Shown here piece after piece: positions 46,468 through 57,125 of a stretch of 64,000 nucleotides of DNA (the stretch's first letter is position 1; every line of letters begins with the position of its first letter). This DNA comes from Actinomycetes bacterium (lineage in GTDB: Bacteria; Actinomycetota; Thermoleophilia; BMS3ABIN01). Made by a program: the position numbers and the translations under genes. Where the stretch lies: positions 3,074 to 67,073 of the forward strand of contig JAJYLW010000012.1 in assembly GCA_021787475.1 (NCBI GenBank), in the 5' to 3' direction. A model generated the notes under the pieces. It worked only from the letters and a program-made list of their open reading frames with translations. It had not been told where the DNA came from and ran no database searches.

Positions 46468-47199
46468 TTAAGCAAGTCCGCGCTCGCGCAGCCAGAGAAG
46501 CCCCTCGTAAGCCTTTTGTCGCGGCATCTCAAAAGTAATGGTAACTTCCTGGGAAAGCGTTTTTAAAGCCGCGAGAATGGGAGCAAAATCGATCCTGCCT
46601 TCTCCCAAGGGCAGGTGCAGATCCTCATAGTACGTATCGCCTCCCACATTGTCATGAATATGGACATGGCCAATCCGGTCCGGATAGCTGCCAATGAAGT
46701 CCAGCGATTTGTTCCTTTCGCTCAGAAGCTCACTGTGGCCGATGTCCACTGTCAGCACCACATCAGGAAGAGCGCTTAGCAGCGGTTGCATGTCGGCGGC
46801 CGCCTCGGCTGTGTTCTCGCAGGCAATCCGGGAGCCATAGCTGCCGGCAACCTCCTGCAGGCGCCCGATCTCGCGCAGCTTTGTTTCAATTGACCCCGGC
46901 GTGTTCGAGAACGGCGCCAGAATAGGATGGATCGTGATTGTCCTCGGCTTAAACACGGCCGCGTATCTGACTGCTTCTTCGATTTTGGCAATTCCTTCCG
47001 GACTGTCCACCCTGAGATCAGGCCCGTGGGCAACAAAGAACATGCCGGCTTTCCGGGCCGCTTTTAATATCTGGCGCTCTTCCCGGCGGACTTTGTCAAT
47101 CTCGTTCAGATTCAGGTCGGCGAAATCAAACCCGTGCCCGGCCAGGAAGGCAATGCCCTCGAGGCCGGCGGCCTGGCCGCCAAAATCAAGCTTTCCCAT
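46468..47199 (-). CDS. Sugar phosphate isomerase/epimerase (AP-endonuclease-2 TIM barrel)
   Basis: HGP, CEN, DIGH, HVHIHDN, DLHLPLGEG.IDF, FE. Confidence 0.85.
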   Translation of the reverse strand: MGKLDFGGQAAGLEGIAFLAGHGFDFADLNLNEIDKVRREERQILKAARKAGMFFVAHGPDLRVDSPEGIAKIEEAVRYAAVFKPRTITIHPILAPFSNTPGSIETKLREIGRLQEVAGSYGSRIACENTAEAAADMQPLLSALPDVVLTVDIGHSELLSERNKSLDFIGSYPDRIGHVHIHDNVGGDTYYEDLHLPLGEGRIDFAPILAALKTLSQEVTITFEMPRQKAYEGLLWLRERGLA

Positions 47200-47277
47200 T
47201 TTATTCCCTCGCTTTTAAAACCATTTTAATTGTATCTGCATTCTGTCATATAGCCAAGGAACCGTTTACCCTCCTGC

Positions 47278-47305
47278 TCAACCCGGGGCGGGGGTTTTCC
47301 GATAA
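47278..47305 (+). promoter_or_regulatory. Sigma-28-like promoter
   Basis: TCAA-N16-TCCGATAA upstream of the FlgM-like ORF. Confidence 0.55.
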
Positions 47306-47361
47306 TAAAAATAGGAACCAGCGGGTAACAGCTTACAACGGAACGGTTCCTTGACATCACA

Positions 47362-47550
47362 GTGAACCTGATGCCTGTTATCGACTTAAGAGAGCTCGCC
47401 CCCGAGGGCCGCCGGCTGCGGGAGCAGAGATTGCGGCGGCTGAAAAAAACGATCAGGAATCGGCGTTATCTTGTCAACCCGGCGTTGTTGGCCGCGGAAA
47501 TCCTGGAAGAAGCCCGCCGGGATGCCGTTTTGCTGAAGAAGGGCTCCTGA
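47362..47550 (+). CDS. Mini anti-sigma-28 FlgM-like protein (C-terminal domain only)
   Basis: REQRLRRLKKTIRNRRYLVNPALLAAEIL resembles the FlgM C-terminal RxxxxxxLKxxIxxxxYxVxxxxIAxxL pattern. Confidence 0.55.
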   Translation: MNLMPVIDLRELAPEGRRLREQRLRRLKKTIRNRRYLVNPALLAAEILEEARRDAVLLKKGS

Positions 47551-47551
47551 T

Positions 47552-48499
47552 CTATGGCAGAAGCGCCGTTGCCAGCATCCGCTCCACCAACTCCCCATAG
47601 CCAATGCCGGCGGCGGCGGCGGCGGCGGGAAGGTCGGAAGTTGCGGTCATGCCCGGGATGGTGTTTATCTCAGTAAGCTGGGGCGTCCCTCCCGGCCCGA
47701 TAATAAAATCGACTCTGCCAAAGCCGCGGCATCCCATCAACCGGAATGCCTGTCTGGCAAGCTCCTGGGCGCGGCCGCTGACTTCTTCCGGCAGCCGGGC
47801 GGGCACGATAAATTCTGTCATCCCCTGGTGATACTTGGCTTTAAAATCATAAAAATCGGCGCCCGGTTTCAGCTGCAGCACCGGCAGCGCCGTAACGGCG
47901 GCGGCCGATTCCAGCAAGCCCACCGTTATCTCGTCCCCGGCCACGAATTCTTCCACCAGGGCGGCATTGTAATCCCGGCAGGTAACGGCCAGAGCGTCTT
48001 TCAGGGAAGCAGGATCATCAACCTTGACAACGCCCAGGCTGGAGCCCTCCTCGCAAGGTTTCACCATGACCGGAAAATTCAGCTGCCGCGCCGCTTCCGC
48101 GGCAGCGCCGCCGGCTGCGGCCTTGCATCCGGCAACCACAAAAGCAGGCGTGGGGATTCCATGCCAGGCGGCAATTTCTTTCGTCCGCACCTTGTTCATG
48201 CAGAGGGCGCTCGCCAGCACGCGCGAGCCGGTATAGGGAATATCCATCAGCTCCAGCAACCCCTGCATGGCGCCGTCCTCTCCAAATCTGCCGTGCAGCG
48301 CCAGGAAAGCGACTTCAACACGTTCTTTTTCAAGCTGCGCGCAAGTATCGCGGCCGATGTCAATCCCGGCGGCGTCGTAGCCGAGGGTCCCCAGCGCCGC
48401 CAGACATCCGACGCCCGACTGCAGGGAGATCTCCCGCTCCCGGGACAGGCCGCCCATCAGCACGCCAATGCGCTTCGCTTTTAAATCCTTCTTGTCCAA
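47552..48499 (-). CDS. ddl: D-alanine--D-alanine ligase
   Basis: GGLSREREISLQSG, LHGRFGEDG, EGSSLG, FYDFKAKY, EINTIPGMT..S. Confidence 0.94.
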   Translation of the reverse strand: MDKKDLKAKRIGVLMGGLSREREISLQSGVGCLAALGTLGYDAAGIDIGRDTCAQLEKERVEVAFLALHGRFGEDGAMQGLLELMDIPYTGSRVLASALCMNKVRTKEIAAWHGIPTPAFVVAGCKAAAGGAAAEAARQLNFPVMVKPCEEGSSLGVVKVDDPASLKDALAVTCRDYNAALVEEFVAGDEITVGLLESAAAVTALPVLQLKPGADFYDFKAKYHQGMTEFIVPARLPEEVSGRAQELARQAFRLMGCRGFGRVDFIIGPGGTPQLTEINTIPGMTATSDLPAAAAAAGIGYGELVERMLATALLP

Positions 48500-48716
48500 G
48501 ATCCGCCCTGCTTTTCAAACCGCTTCGGTGCTTTTAATTAGCTGATCATACAATTCGTCCGGTAACTCCACAAATTCAGCTAGGGGACATGACCCAAAGT
48601 TTCTACCAGCCAGGATACGATCAAGGCCCGCTTTTTTAGTATTATACTCTGCGGCCGGCAAATGACCGGCTGCCCCCACATCAGGAGCAAAAATAGCCCT
48701 AACTGACAAGAACTGG

Positions 48717-49811
48717 TTGCGGCATGGAGCCCGCGTTGTGCTGGGCGGCCTGATTGTGCTGCTGTTGGGCATGCTGATAAGGCGGGAGATCGACCATGGC
48801 TGGGGGGATATTTTTGTTATCGGTCATGGAAAGTGGGACCTGCTGCCTCTGGCGGCCGTCGCAATCCTCACTGGGCTGACTTATGGTAAAAAAGGCCTCC
48901 GCCTGGCGGCGCAGGCAATCCTGGTGGGAGCGGTTTTTCTTTTCCTTGGTCGCGCTATCCACGATGACTGGGGGCAAATAACAGGGAGAACATGGAATTT
49001 CAAGCTCCCCTGGATGGCGGCCTCACTCGCCCTGATGAGCAGTCTCTATTTCACCCAGGCGAGCGGATGGCTGCTCATCCTGAGACGCTTTGGCTACCGG
49101 GTGCCGTTTCTGCCGGGCATCTTCGTCTGGTCAAAATCACTACTGGCGCGATACGTTCCTGGAAACGTGCTTATGGTCGTCGGCCGCGTGGTGATGATCG
49201 AGCCTTTCGGCGTTCCCAAGCGGGTGTCCTTCAGCAGCGTTATTTATGAACAGTCGCTGCTGGCGGCGGCTTCGGCTTCAGTCGTCGCTATTGCCCTGCC
49301 GCTGTGGCCGGCCTTAAGGGGGGTCTCGCCGCTCATCTGGCTTATACTGCTGATCCCGCCGGCCGCCATCCTGGGCCTCTCTCCAAAAGTCTTTGGCGGC
49401 GTGGCCAACTTCCTGCTGAAAAAGGCCCACCGGCAGCCAATTGAAGAGTTCCTGCCGTTTAAATCGGTAATCGCCTTCATCGGCTATTACGGCCTTACCC
49501 TCACCTTGTCCGGTCTCGGGCTCTTTTCCCTGGTGAGGGCGGTTACCACTATCAGCTTCATCAACTTGCCGATCGTCATTGCCAGCGCCCCCCTGGCCTG
49601 GCTGCTGGCGCTATTTGTTTTTATCTCGCCCAGCGGCCTTGGAGTCAGGGAGGGCGTCTACAGCTTCACCCTCGCATTTGCTTTTAACCATGAATCAGGA
49701 GTGGCGTCTGCATTCGCGATCCTGGCCCGTTTCTGGCAGACAATGATCGAGGTCAGCTTCGCGCTCACGATCATTCTGCTGGTGAAGAAGTTTCACCGCC
49801 GACGGAGTTGA
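48717..49811 (+). CDS. Lysylphosphatidylglycerol-synthase TM / flippase-like membrane protein
   Basis: RYVPGNV, PSGLGVRE, many TM segments. Confidence 0.78.
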   Translation: MRHGARVVLGGLIVLLLGMLIRREIDHGWGDIFVIGHGKWDLLPLAAVAILTGLTYGKKGLRLAAQAILVGAVFLFLGRAIHDDWGQITGRTWNFKLPWMAASLALMSSLYFTQASGWLLILRRFGYRVPFLPGIFVWSKSLLARYVPGNVLMVVGRVVMIEPFGVPKRVSFSSVIYEQSLLAAASASVVAIALPLWPALRGVSPLIWLILLIPPAAILGLSPKVFGGVANFLLKKAHRQPIEEFLPFKSVIAFIGYYGLTLTLSGLGLFSLVRAVTTISFINLPIVIASAPLAWLLALFVFISPSGLGVREGVYSFTLAFAFNHESGVASAFAILARFWQTMIEVSFALTIILLVKKFHRRRS

Positions 49812-49918
49812 ATTTGAAAACAGTCGCGCCGGTTCTGTCCCGTCTTTTCCGGTTGGCGCTATGTTATAATCAGGCATATGCTGAATCTTGATTTTGCACT
49901 ATCCGGAGGAAAACGAGC

Positions 49919-50620
49919 ATGTATTTTTTCCCTTTTTATAATCCACTCTTTTTCGGCAGCCTGATCATTCTGATTCCAGGCGTCATTGCCGGCGCCTACG
50001 CGCAGCATAAAGTCAAAAGCACGTACGCCAAATACGCAAAAGTCGCAGCCGCCAGCGGCCTTACCGGCGCCCAGGCAAGCCGGCAGCTGCTTGACCGGGC
50101 CGGCCTGTCCGACGTCTCGATCGAGGAGATTCCCGGCTCCCTGACAGACAATTACGATCCGCGCACCAGAGTACTGAGACTGAGCCAGGGAGTTGCCCGC
50201 AGCCGCTCGCTGGCGGCGCTGGGCGTCGCCGCCCATGAGACCGGGCATGCCCTCCAGGACGCCGGCGGTTACGCGCCCATGCGCATAAGGTCGACGCTGG
50301 TGCCGGCGGCCCAGTTTGGCTCCAACTTTGGCTGGATAATTTTTATCATGGGCATGATCATCAGCAGTTTCCGGCCACTGATGACGATCGGCATTGTCAT
50401 TTTCACGGCGGCGGTGATCTTTCAGATTGTGACGCTGCCGGTTGAGCTGGACGCCTCGTCCCGGGCGATGAAAATGCTTCAGTCAGACGGCATCGTCGTC
50501 GTCGGTGAGGCCGACGGCGCCCGACAGGTCTTGAGAGCCGCGGCGCTGACCTATATGGCGGCCGCCTTGATGTCGATCCTGATGCTCGTCCGCATGCTGA
50601 TTCTTAGCCGGGAACGTTAA
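49919..50620 (+). CDS. Neutral zinc metallopeptidase (YugP-like)
   Basis: LTDNYDP, AAHETGHALQ, TLPVELDAS.RA, VLRAAALTY. Confidence 0.92.
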   Translation: MYFFPFYNPLFFGSLIILIPGVIAGAYAQHKVKSTYAKYAKVAAASGLTGAQASRQLLDRAGLSDVSIEEIPGSLTDNYDPRTRVLRLSQGVARSRSLAALGVAAHETGHALQDAGGYAPMRIRSTLVPAAQFGSNFGWIIFIMGMIISSFRPLMTIGIVIFTAAVIFQIVTLPVELDASSRAMKMLQSDGIVVVGEADGARQVLRAAALTYMAAALMSILMLVRMLILSRER

Positions 50621-50623
50621 AAA

Positions 50624-50650
50624 ACCGGATGTTGGACTTTGGATAAAACC
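50624..50650 (+). repeat. 7-bp-period array ending in GGATAAAACC
   Basis: accggat gttggac tttggat aaaacc directly after the stop codon. Confidence 0.6.
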
Positions 50651-50786
50651 AGCGAACCGAGGATGAGAGTCCCCGGTTTTTTTGCCAGTCAGCATAAACA
50701 AATATTCACCTCTTTGGCATATTTGCGGTTTTTCTGTATAATTGCGCGGTTAAATCAGGCCTGAACATCCAACCTTGTGAGCCTTC

Positions 50787-51752
50787 TTGAAAGTTCTGAT
50801 CACGGGAATTACCGGGTTTGCCGGCGGCCATCTGGCCGCCTATCTGGCCAAAGTCAAAAACGTGGATGTGGCGGGGCTGGATTTAAACCCACCGCCGGAG
50901 CATTTTGCCGCCGGGCCGGGCATAGACGTTCACTGCTGCAATCTTGCCGATACCGGCCGGGTGCAATCTCTGATTGAGCGGGAGCGCCCTGACGCAATCA
51001 TTCACCTGGCGGCGCGGGCCCAGGTGGCCGGCGCCTGGGAGGACGCCGCCGCCATCATGGAAGCCAACGTCGTCTGCACCCAGTCCCTGATGCAGGCGGC
51101 GCACGGGGGGGCGCCGGGAGCGCGCGTGCTGCTGATCAGCTCCAGCGAGGTATACGGCAAGGTGCCGCCGGGGCAGATGCCAATCACGGAAGACAGCCCC
51201 CTTAAACCAAATAATCCTTACTCGGCAAGCAAGGTGGCAGTGGAGTATATTGGCCTGGAATATTTCTACGCCTTCAGCGCCCCGGTTGTAATTGCGAGGC
51301 CCTTCAATCATATCGGCCCCGGCCAGCGGGGAAACTTTGTCGTCCCCGCGCTCGCCTCCCAGATTGCCGAAATCGAAGCCGGCCTGAAAGAACCAGTGCT
51401 CAAGGTAGGCTGGCTGGATTCTGAGCGGGACTTCACCGACGTGCGGGACATTGTCCGCGCTTACTGGCTGCTGGTTCAGAAGGGTGAGCCCGGACAGGCA
51501 TACAACATTGCCTCCGGCGGGCATCACAAAATCAGGGAAATACTTGATACACTACTTGAGCTGAGCGAGATCAGGCCGGCCGTCGAGAGCTCCCCGGAGC
51601 TAATGCGGCCCTCGGATACGCCGTTGGTGGTTGGCGACGCCTCCCGCCTGCGCAAGCTGGACCGCTGGGAGCCGCGGATTCCACTAAAAGACAGCCTTAG
51701 CGATGCGCTTGAGTTCTGGCGCCGCGCTACGCGCTCGCAGCTTTCTCAATAA
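50787..51752 (+). CDS. GDP-4-keto-6-deoxymannose reductase-like extended SDR (Rmd-like)
   Basis: [36 protein letters not shown]; adjacent to gmd. Confidence 0.8.
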   Translation: MKVLITGITGFAGGHLAAYLAKVKNVDVAGLDLNPPPEHFAAGPGIDVHCCNLADTGRVQSLIERERPDAIIHLAARAQVAGAWEDAAAIMEANVVCTQSLMQAAHGGAPGARVLLISSSEVYGKVPPGQMPITEDSPLKPNNPYSASKVAVEYIGLEYFYAFSAPVVIARPFNHIGPGQRGNFVVPALASQIAEIEAGLKEPVLKVGWLDSERDFTDVRDIVRAYWLLVQKGEPGQAYNIASGGHHKIREILDTLLELSEIRPAVESSPELMRPSDTPLVVGDASRLRKLDRWEPRIPLKDSLSDALEFWRRATRSQLSQ

Positions 51753-51769
51753 CCAAAGAAAGGGCGCAG

Positions 51770-52765
51770 ATGCAAAAAACCGCATTGATTACGGGCATTA
51801 CCGGACAGGACGGATCCTACCTGGCCGAGCTTCTGCTTGAGAAAGGCTACCGCGTCTTTGGCATGGTGCGGCGCTCAAGCACCGAGAATTTTGAGCGCAT
51901 CGAGCACATCCGCAACCGCGTCACCCTGATCCAGGCAGACCTGCTTGATCAAATGTCACTGATTTCTGCCATAAGCGAATCGCAGCCGGACGAGATTTAT
52001 AACCTGGCCGCTCAGAGCTTCGTGCCTACCTCCTGGACAAAACCGGTGCTGACGGCAGAGTTTACCGCCCTCGGAGTCACGCGCATGCTTGAGGCGCTGC
52101 GCCTGGTGAAAAGGGACGCCAAATTTTACCAGGCCTCTTCCTCGGAGATGTTTGGCAAGGTCAAGGAACTTCCACAAACCGAGTCAACGCCGTTCCATCC
52201 CCGCAGCCCTTACGGAGTCGCCAAGGTTTACGGCCACTTTATCACCGTCAACTACCGGGAGAGCTATGACCTGTTTGCCTGCTCGGGGATTCTCTTTAAC
52301 CACGAGTCGCCCCGGCGCGGACTGGAGTTTGTCACCCGCAAAGTCAGCCACGCTGTGGCGCGGATCAGGCTGGGCGTGCAGGCGGAGCTGGCCCTTGGCA
52401 ACCTTGAGGCAAAGCGGGACTGGGGCTACGCCCTTGATTACGTGAAAATGATGTGGATGATGCTGCAGCAGGAGGACCCGGATGACTACGTCATTGCTTC
52501 CGGCGAAAGCCACTCTGTCCGTGAGCTGGTAAAAGCAGCTTTTGGTCACGTTGACCTCAATTGGGAAGATTATGTAAAAACCGATCCCAAGCTTGTGCGG
52601 CCAGCCGAGGTTGACATGCTCATTGGCAATCCTGCCAAGGCAAGAGAAAAACTGGGCTGGGAGCCAAAAGTTTCTTTCCGGGAACTGGTGGAGATGATGG
52701 TTGACAACGATCTCGATCAGGTGCAGAAACAGATTGACGCCGGGGTGCTGGACCCGAAGCGATAG
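51770..52765 (+). CDS. gmd: GDP-mannose 4,6-dehydratase
   Basis: [46 protein letters not shown]. Confidence 0.97.
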   Translation: MQKTALITGITGQDGSYLAELLLEKGYRVFGMVRRSSTENFERIEHIRNRVTLIQADLLDQMSLISAISESQPDEIYNLAAQSFVPTSWTKPVLTAEFTALGVTRMLEALRLVKRDAKFYQASSSEMFGKVKELPQTESTPFHPRSPYGVAKVYGHFITVNYRESYDLFACSGILFNHESPRRGLEFVTRKVSHAVARIRLGVQAELALGNLEAKRDWGYALDYVKMMWMMLQQEDPDDYVIASGESHSVRELVKAAFGHVDLNWEDYVKTDPKLVRPAEVDMLIGNPAKAREKLGWEPKVSFRELVEMMVDNDLDQVQKQIDAGVLDPKR

Positions 52766-52814
52766 CGGCGGCGCCAGACGGGAGTCAGCTGGCTGCCAAT
52801 CCGCCCTGGCGCAG

Positions 52815-53663
52815 TCACTGGATCGATTCCTCCTCCAGCGCCGCCAGCCGGCTGGAGAGCTCCGGCACCAGATTGACATCGCGCCGGAGGAGAATGCTGT
52901 CTATCTGGCGCACCGGGCAGACGCCAAGCACGCTCCCGGTTAGGAAGGCCGCCGTTTCCCGCGGCCTCAGCCCGCCAAATTCGAACGCCTTAAGCCGGGC
53001 TTCGAAGCCAAGCGTTTCCGCCAGCTCGATCAGCTTCGCCCGGGTCACCCCGGCAAGGATGTTTTCCTCTTCCGGCGCGGTATACAGACTCCCCGAATGG
53101 ATGAAGAAGATATTGCTGTAGGAGCCCTCCAGCATGCGCCCGCCGCGCCTTGTATAAATTGCTTCCCGGGCGCCGCCGCGGCGGGCGGCTTCGCGGGCGA
53201 GGACGGCGCCGAGCAGGTTGGTTGACTTTATCGAAGCAAAGTAGCCGCGGTTGAAAGGAACGGTCAGGCAGGAAACTCCCTGCCGGTATATCTCGTCAGG
53301 GTAAGCAAATGACTGGGCCGTTACCAGCAGCGTCAGCGAGCTTTCCTTCCCCGGGTCGGGCCCCCCCGGAGCCGGTGGCGTGCCTCGGCTGACCTGAACG
53401 CGGAGGCGGCCGTCGCGGACAGAATTGACCTGCGCCAGGGAAAGAGCCTGATTCCTTAATCCCTCGAAATCAAGATCGCTTCCCATGCTCGCCGCTTCCA
53501 TCCCCAGCGCCAGCCGTTGGAAGTGCTCTGCGAAGAGAACCGGGCGGCCGCGCGCTATCTTGCATGTCTCAAACAAAGCGTCGCCGTATGCAAAGCCGCG
53601 ATCGAAGACCGACACCAGCGCCGCCGCTACCGGCACAAGACGGCTGTTTAAATACACATGCAT
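52815..53663 (-). CDS. Class IV aminotransferase / 4-amino-4-deoxychorismate lyase-like
   Basis: DRGFAYGDALFET, H.QRL, KS.N, EGSYSN, ILAGVTR. Confidence 0.85.
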   Translation of the reverse strand: MHVYLNSRLVPVAAALVSVFDRGFAYGDALFETCKIARGRPVLFAEHFQRLALGMEAASMGSDLDFEGLRNQALSLAQVNSVRDGRLRVQVSRGTPPAPGGPDPGKESSLTLLVTAQSFAYPDEIYRQGVSCLTVPFNRGYFASIKSTNLLGAVLAREAARRGGAREAIYTRRGGRMLEGSYSNIFFIHSGSLYTAPEEENILAGVTRAKLIELAETLGFEARLKAFEFGGLRPRETAAFLTGSVLGVCPVRQIDSILLRRDVNLVPELSSRLAALEEESIQ

Positions 53664-53730
53664 AAAACCGAGGCCCTTCGGCTTGGCACTTGAGCAAGTT
53701 GGATCATCAATTAAATTATTACTCCCATGT

Positions 53731-55236
53731 TTAGGAAACAATCCGCTCCGCAATTTTTTCCTGCTCTGTGGCCAGGCGCACCGCCTTCACCATTGCTTCC
53801 GCCTTGCGCAGCGTTTCCAGGTATTCCCGTCCCGGATCGGAATCGGCGACGATGCCCGCGCCCGCCTGAGCATAAACCATGCCGTCCCGCCGCACCAGCG
53901 TGCGGATGATGATGTTCATGTCCATGTTGCCATTGTAGCCAATGTATCCGAAACTGCCGGTATAGGGGCCGCGACTGACTGGCTCCAGCTCGTCAATGAT
54001 CTGCATGCATCTTACCTTGGGGCAGCCGGTTATAGTGCCGCCAGGGAACATCGCCTTAATCAGATCGAGCGCATCTTTCCCCTCGTGCAGCCTTCCTCGG
54101 ACATTGGAGACAATGTGGATAACATGCGAGTAGGCTTCGTTGACCATCAGCTCGCTTACGCGGACGGAGCCGTAGCTGCAGACTTTGCCGAGGTCATTCC
54201 GCTCCAGGTCAACCAGCATGACGTGCTCGGCGCGCTCTTTCTGATCAAGATTAAGCTCATTGGCTAAAATATCGTCTTCGGGGCTGCCGGCACCCCGGCC
54301 GCGCGTCCCGGCAATTGGGCGCGTCTGCGCCAAAGAGCCGTCAAGCTTGACCAGCCGCTCCGGCGAGGACGAGATCAGCTGGAAGCCGCCCAGGTCAAGA
54401 AAACCGCCAAAAGGAGACGGGTTTATCCGGCGCAGGACGTCATAAAGCGCGAGGCTGTCGCCGGCAAAAGGCATCTCAAGCCGCTGCGACAGGTTTGACT
54501 GGAAAATATCGCCGGCAAAGATATATTCCTTCGCTCTCTGCACCATCTGCTCGTAGCCGGCCCGTGTCATGTTGGAGCCGGCCCTCGCGCTGAGGCCAAA
54601 GTCATGCCTGTCGACGGCGTAGACAGGCGCCGGCTCCTGGCCGGCGCTGCCCAGCAGTGCTTCAGCGGCACGGTCAATGTCGCCTGGCTCGGGATCCTCA
54701 AAAAACAGGTGCGCGGCACCTTTATGATGGTCATAGCAGATCAGCCGCCGGGGGAAAATGAAGCAAAAATCAGGAAGCCCAAGGTCGTCAACCGCCCGCG
54801 GCGGCAGTTTTTCGATATAACGGCAGGCGTTATAACCGATCAAGCCAAGGGCTCCACCCGCAAGCGGCAGCCCCAGGTCCGCCGCCCGGGGAGCGCCATT
54901 CGGCTTCATCCGCGCGAGCAGCCCTCTTAAAAGCGAGAATGGGTCCTGCGTCTTTAATTTAATGAAACCGTTTTCGGGATTGTAAAGGCTGGCAAACCTG
55001 TCCTTTACAGTCAACACAAACGCGGGATCCCAGGCCAGGAATGAGAAGCGGCACAGCGCCGGGGAGCCGCCGGCGCTGTCCAGCAGCACCAGCGGCGTTT
55101 TGCCGGCAAGCCCCATCTCTCGCATCAAGGCTACCGGCGAGTCAAAGGGCGCCTTCACTTGCAAGTGAGCTACGGCGTCGGCCCGGGTGGCAATTTCGTT
55201 GATGATGCCCATGCCCGCTGGCGGGCTGATCCCCAT
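53731..55236 (-). CDS. Chorismate-binding enzyme component I (PabB/TrpE family)
   Basis: LLDSA, GDIFQSNLS, SPERL, RPIAGT, KERAEHVMLVDLERND, FPGGTITGCPK, AGAGIV. Confidence 0.92.
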   Translation of the reverse strand: MGISPPAGMGIINEIATRADAVAHLQVKAPFDSPVALMREMGLAGKTPLVLLDSAGGSPALCRFSFLAWDPAFVLTVKDRFASLYNPENGFIKLKTQDPFSLLRGLLARMKPNGAPRAADLGLPLAGGALGLIGYNACRYIEKLPPRAVDDLGLPDFCFIFPRRLICYDHHKGAAHLFFEDPEPGDIDRAAEALLGSAGQEPAPVYAVDRHDFGLSARAGSNMTRAGYEQMVQRAKEYIFAGDIFQSNLSQRLEMPFAGDSLALYDVLRRINPSPFGGFLDLGGFQLISSSPERLVKLDGSLAQTRPIAGTRGRGAGSPEDDILANELNLDQKERAEHVMLVDLERNDLGKVCSYGSVRVSELMVNEAYSHVIHIVSNVRGRLHEGKDALDLIKAMFPGGTITGCPKVRCMQIIDELEPVSRGPYTGSFGYIGYNGNMDMNIIIRTLVRRDGMVYAQAGAGIVADSDPGREYLETLRKAEAMVKAVRLATEQEKIAERIVS

Positions 55237-55237
55237 G

Positions 55238-56593
55238 CTATTGTTGCCTATATTGTTGCGCTTGTGACCGAAATGATGTGTATGTATCCTGAAACTCCAG
55301 ATGGATGGTCGCCGTCGGGCCGTTGCGGTGTTTGGCGATGATCAACTCGGTGCTGGATTTAAGGTGACCGGACTCGTCCTGGGGACGGTAGATGAACAGC
55401 ACCAGATCGGCGTCCTGCTCGATTGAGCCCGATTCACGCAGGTCGGGCAACTTCGGCCGGGGAGGCTGGCGTTGCTCTACCTGGCGGGAGAGCTGCGAGA
55501 TCGCAATCACCGGCATTTCCAGCTCACGGGCCAGTAACTTCAGGGAGCGCGACATCTTGGAAACCTCCTGCACCCGGTTTTCCGCGCGGCCGTCGTGCAT
55601 CACCAACTGCAGGTAATCGACGATGATGAGGCCCAGGCCGGGATGCTGACTCTTCAGCCGGCGCGTTTTGGACCTGATCTCAAGCGTATTAATATTGGGA
55701 GTATCGTCAACAAAAATTGGCGCTCCCTGCTGTAGCCTGGTGCAGGCCTCGGTTATCTTTGGCCAGTCATCGGCGCCAACCTTGCCGGTCCGGAGGCGGT
55801 GGCTGTCGACCCTGCCCTGAGTGCACATCATCCGCTGCACCAGGTCGGTGGCGCTCATTTCCAGGCTGAATATCGCCACCGGAGTATTTTCCTTAAGGGC
55901 GACGTTCTGAGCAAGATCGAGCGCCATCGCCGTCTTGCCCATCGCCGGCCGGGCCGCCAACACAATCAGGTTCGATGGCTGCAGGCCGGAAGTCTTGTCA
56001 TCCAGGTCAGGAAAGCCGGTCGGCACACCCGTAATCGTCTTGCCGGCCGCCGCCAGCTTTTCAATGCGCTCGAACTGCTCCGAAACCAATTCTTCCAGAG
56101 ACCTGAACCCGCCTTTGATCTGTGCTTGCGAGATATCAAAGACGCTGCTCTCGGCAAGGTCAAGCAGCTCGCGCACTTCTCCCGGGCGTTCATAACCGAG
56201 GGCGGCAATCTTGTTGCCGACGTCAATCAGCGAGCGGAGGATGGCGTTCTCCCGAACGATGCGGGCATACTGGGCGGCATGGGCGGCCGCCGGCACCGTT
56301 GACACCAGCGTATAGATGTATTCCTTGCCGCCAACCTGCGCCAGGACGCCTTTCAACGTCAGCTGCTCGGTCACAGTGATGGGGTCTGCCGGTTCTTTGC
56401 GCGAGTAAAGGTCCATAACGGCGCCGAAGATCTCGCGGTGGGAATCGCGGTAAAAGTCGCCGGCCTGAAGCCGCTCGTCCAGCACCAAGTCAATCGCGCC
56501 GGGCTGAAACATCATCGCGCCCAGCACCGACTCCTCTGCCTCAATATTCTGAGGCGGAACGGGAAGCGGTGAGGGTTTTAGCTCTCGGGCCAT
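55238..56593 (-). CDS. dnaB: Replicative DNA helicase
   Basis: PPQNIEAEESVLG, AARPAMGKT, FSLEM, VDYLQL, SQLSR, DLRESGSIEQDAD, KHRNGP; no intein. Confidence 0.97.
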   Translation of the reverse strand: MARELKPSPLPVPPQNIEAEESVLGAMMFQPGAIDLVLDERLQAGDFYRDSHREIFGAVMDLYSRKEPADPITVTEQLTLKGVLAQVGGKEYIYTLVSTVPAAAHAAQYARIVRENAILRSLIDVGNKIAALGYERPGEVRELLDLAESSVFDISQAQIKGGFRSLEELVSEQFERIEKLAAAGKTITGVPTGFPDLDDKTSGLQPSNLIVLAARPAMGKTAMALDLAQNVALKENTPVAIFSLEMSATDLVQRMMCTQGRVDSHRLRTGKVGADDWPKITEACTRLQQGAPIFVDDTPNINTLEIRSKTRRLKSQHPGLGLIIVDYLQLVMHDGRAENRVQEVSKMSRSLKLLARELEMPVIAISQLSRQVEQRQPPRPKLPDLRESGSIEQDADLVLFIYRPQDESGHLKSSTELIIAKHRNGPTATIHLEFQDTYTSFRSQAQQYRQQ

Positions 56594-57043
56594 CTATTTT
56601 GCGGCGCTGACTATTACCTTCGTGGTGGCGCTTTTGCCCGGGTTGACTTCTATCTCAACCATGTAATCGCCGGTTTCCTTAATCGGCTCAGCCAGCTTTA
56701 TCTTCTTCTTGTCGATCCGCGCCCGGCGCGCCTCAAAGATGGCGTCAGAAACGTCGGCGGCGGTTATGGAGCCGAACAGCCTGCCATCCTCGCCTGCCTG
56801 GGCGGAGATTGTCAGGACGGTTTTGCCCAACGTCTCGGCAAGCTCATCGGCATGCTCGGCATCACGCTGCCGCCTGGCTTCCGCCTCTTGCTGGCGGCGG
56901 CGGACCTCTTCAACCCGGCCGGGCGTCGCCGTCTCGGCCAGCCCGCGCGGCAAGAGATAGTTTCTGGCGTAACCATCGGCAATGGAAACAATCTCTCCGC
57001 TCGAGCCCAGCCCGGTTACGTCCTCCAACAATATCACGTCCAT
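56594..57043 (-). CDS. rplI: 50S ribosomal protein L9
   Basis: VILLEDV.GLG, GYARNYLLP, GRLFGSIT. Confidence 0.97.
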   Translation of the reverse strand: MDVILLEDVTGLGSSGEIVSIADGYARNYLLPRGLAETATPGRVEEVRRRQQEAEARRQRDAEHADELAETLGKTVLTISAQAGEDGRLFGSITAADVSDAIFEARRARIDKKKIKLAEPIKETGDYMVEIEVNPGKSATTKVIVSAAK

Positions 57044-57125
57044 ACGTAAATCTCCTCTCCAATTATTTCCTGGACATGCCGTCCGCAGGAGCGGTCCGGT
57101 AGTCCTTGCCTCGTCAATCCGGCAC

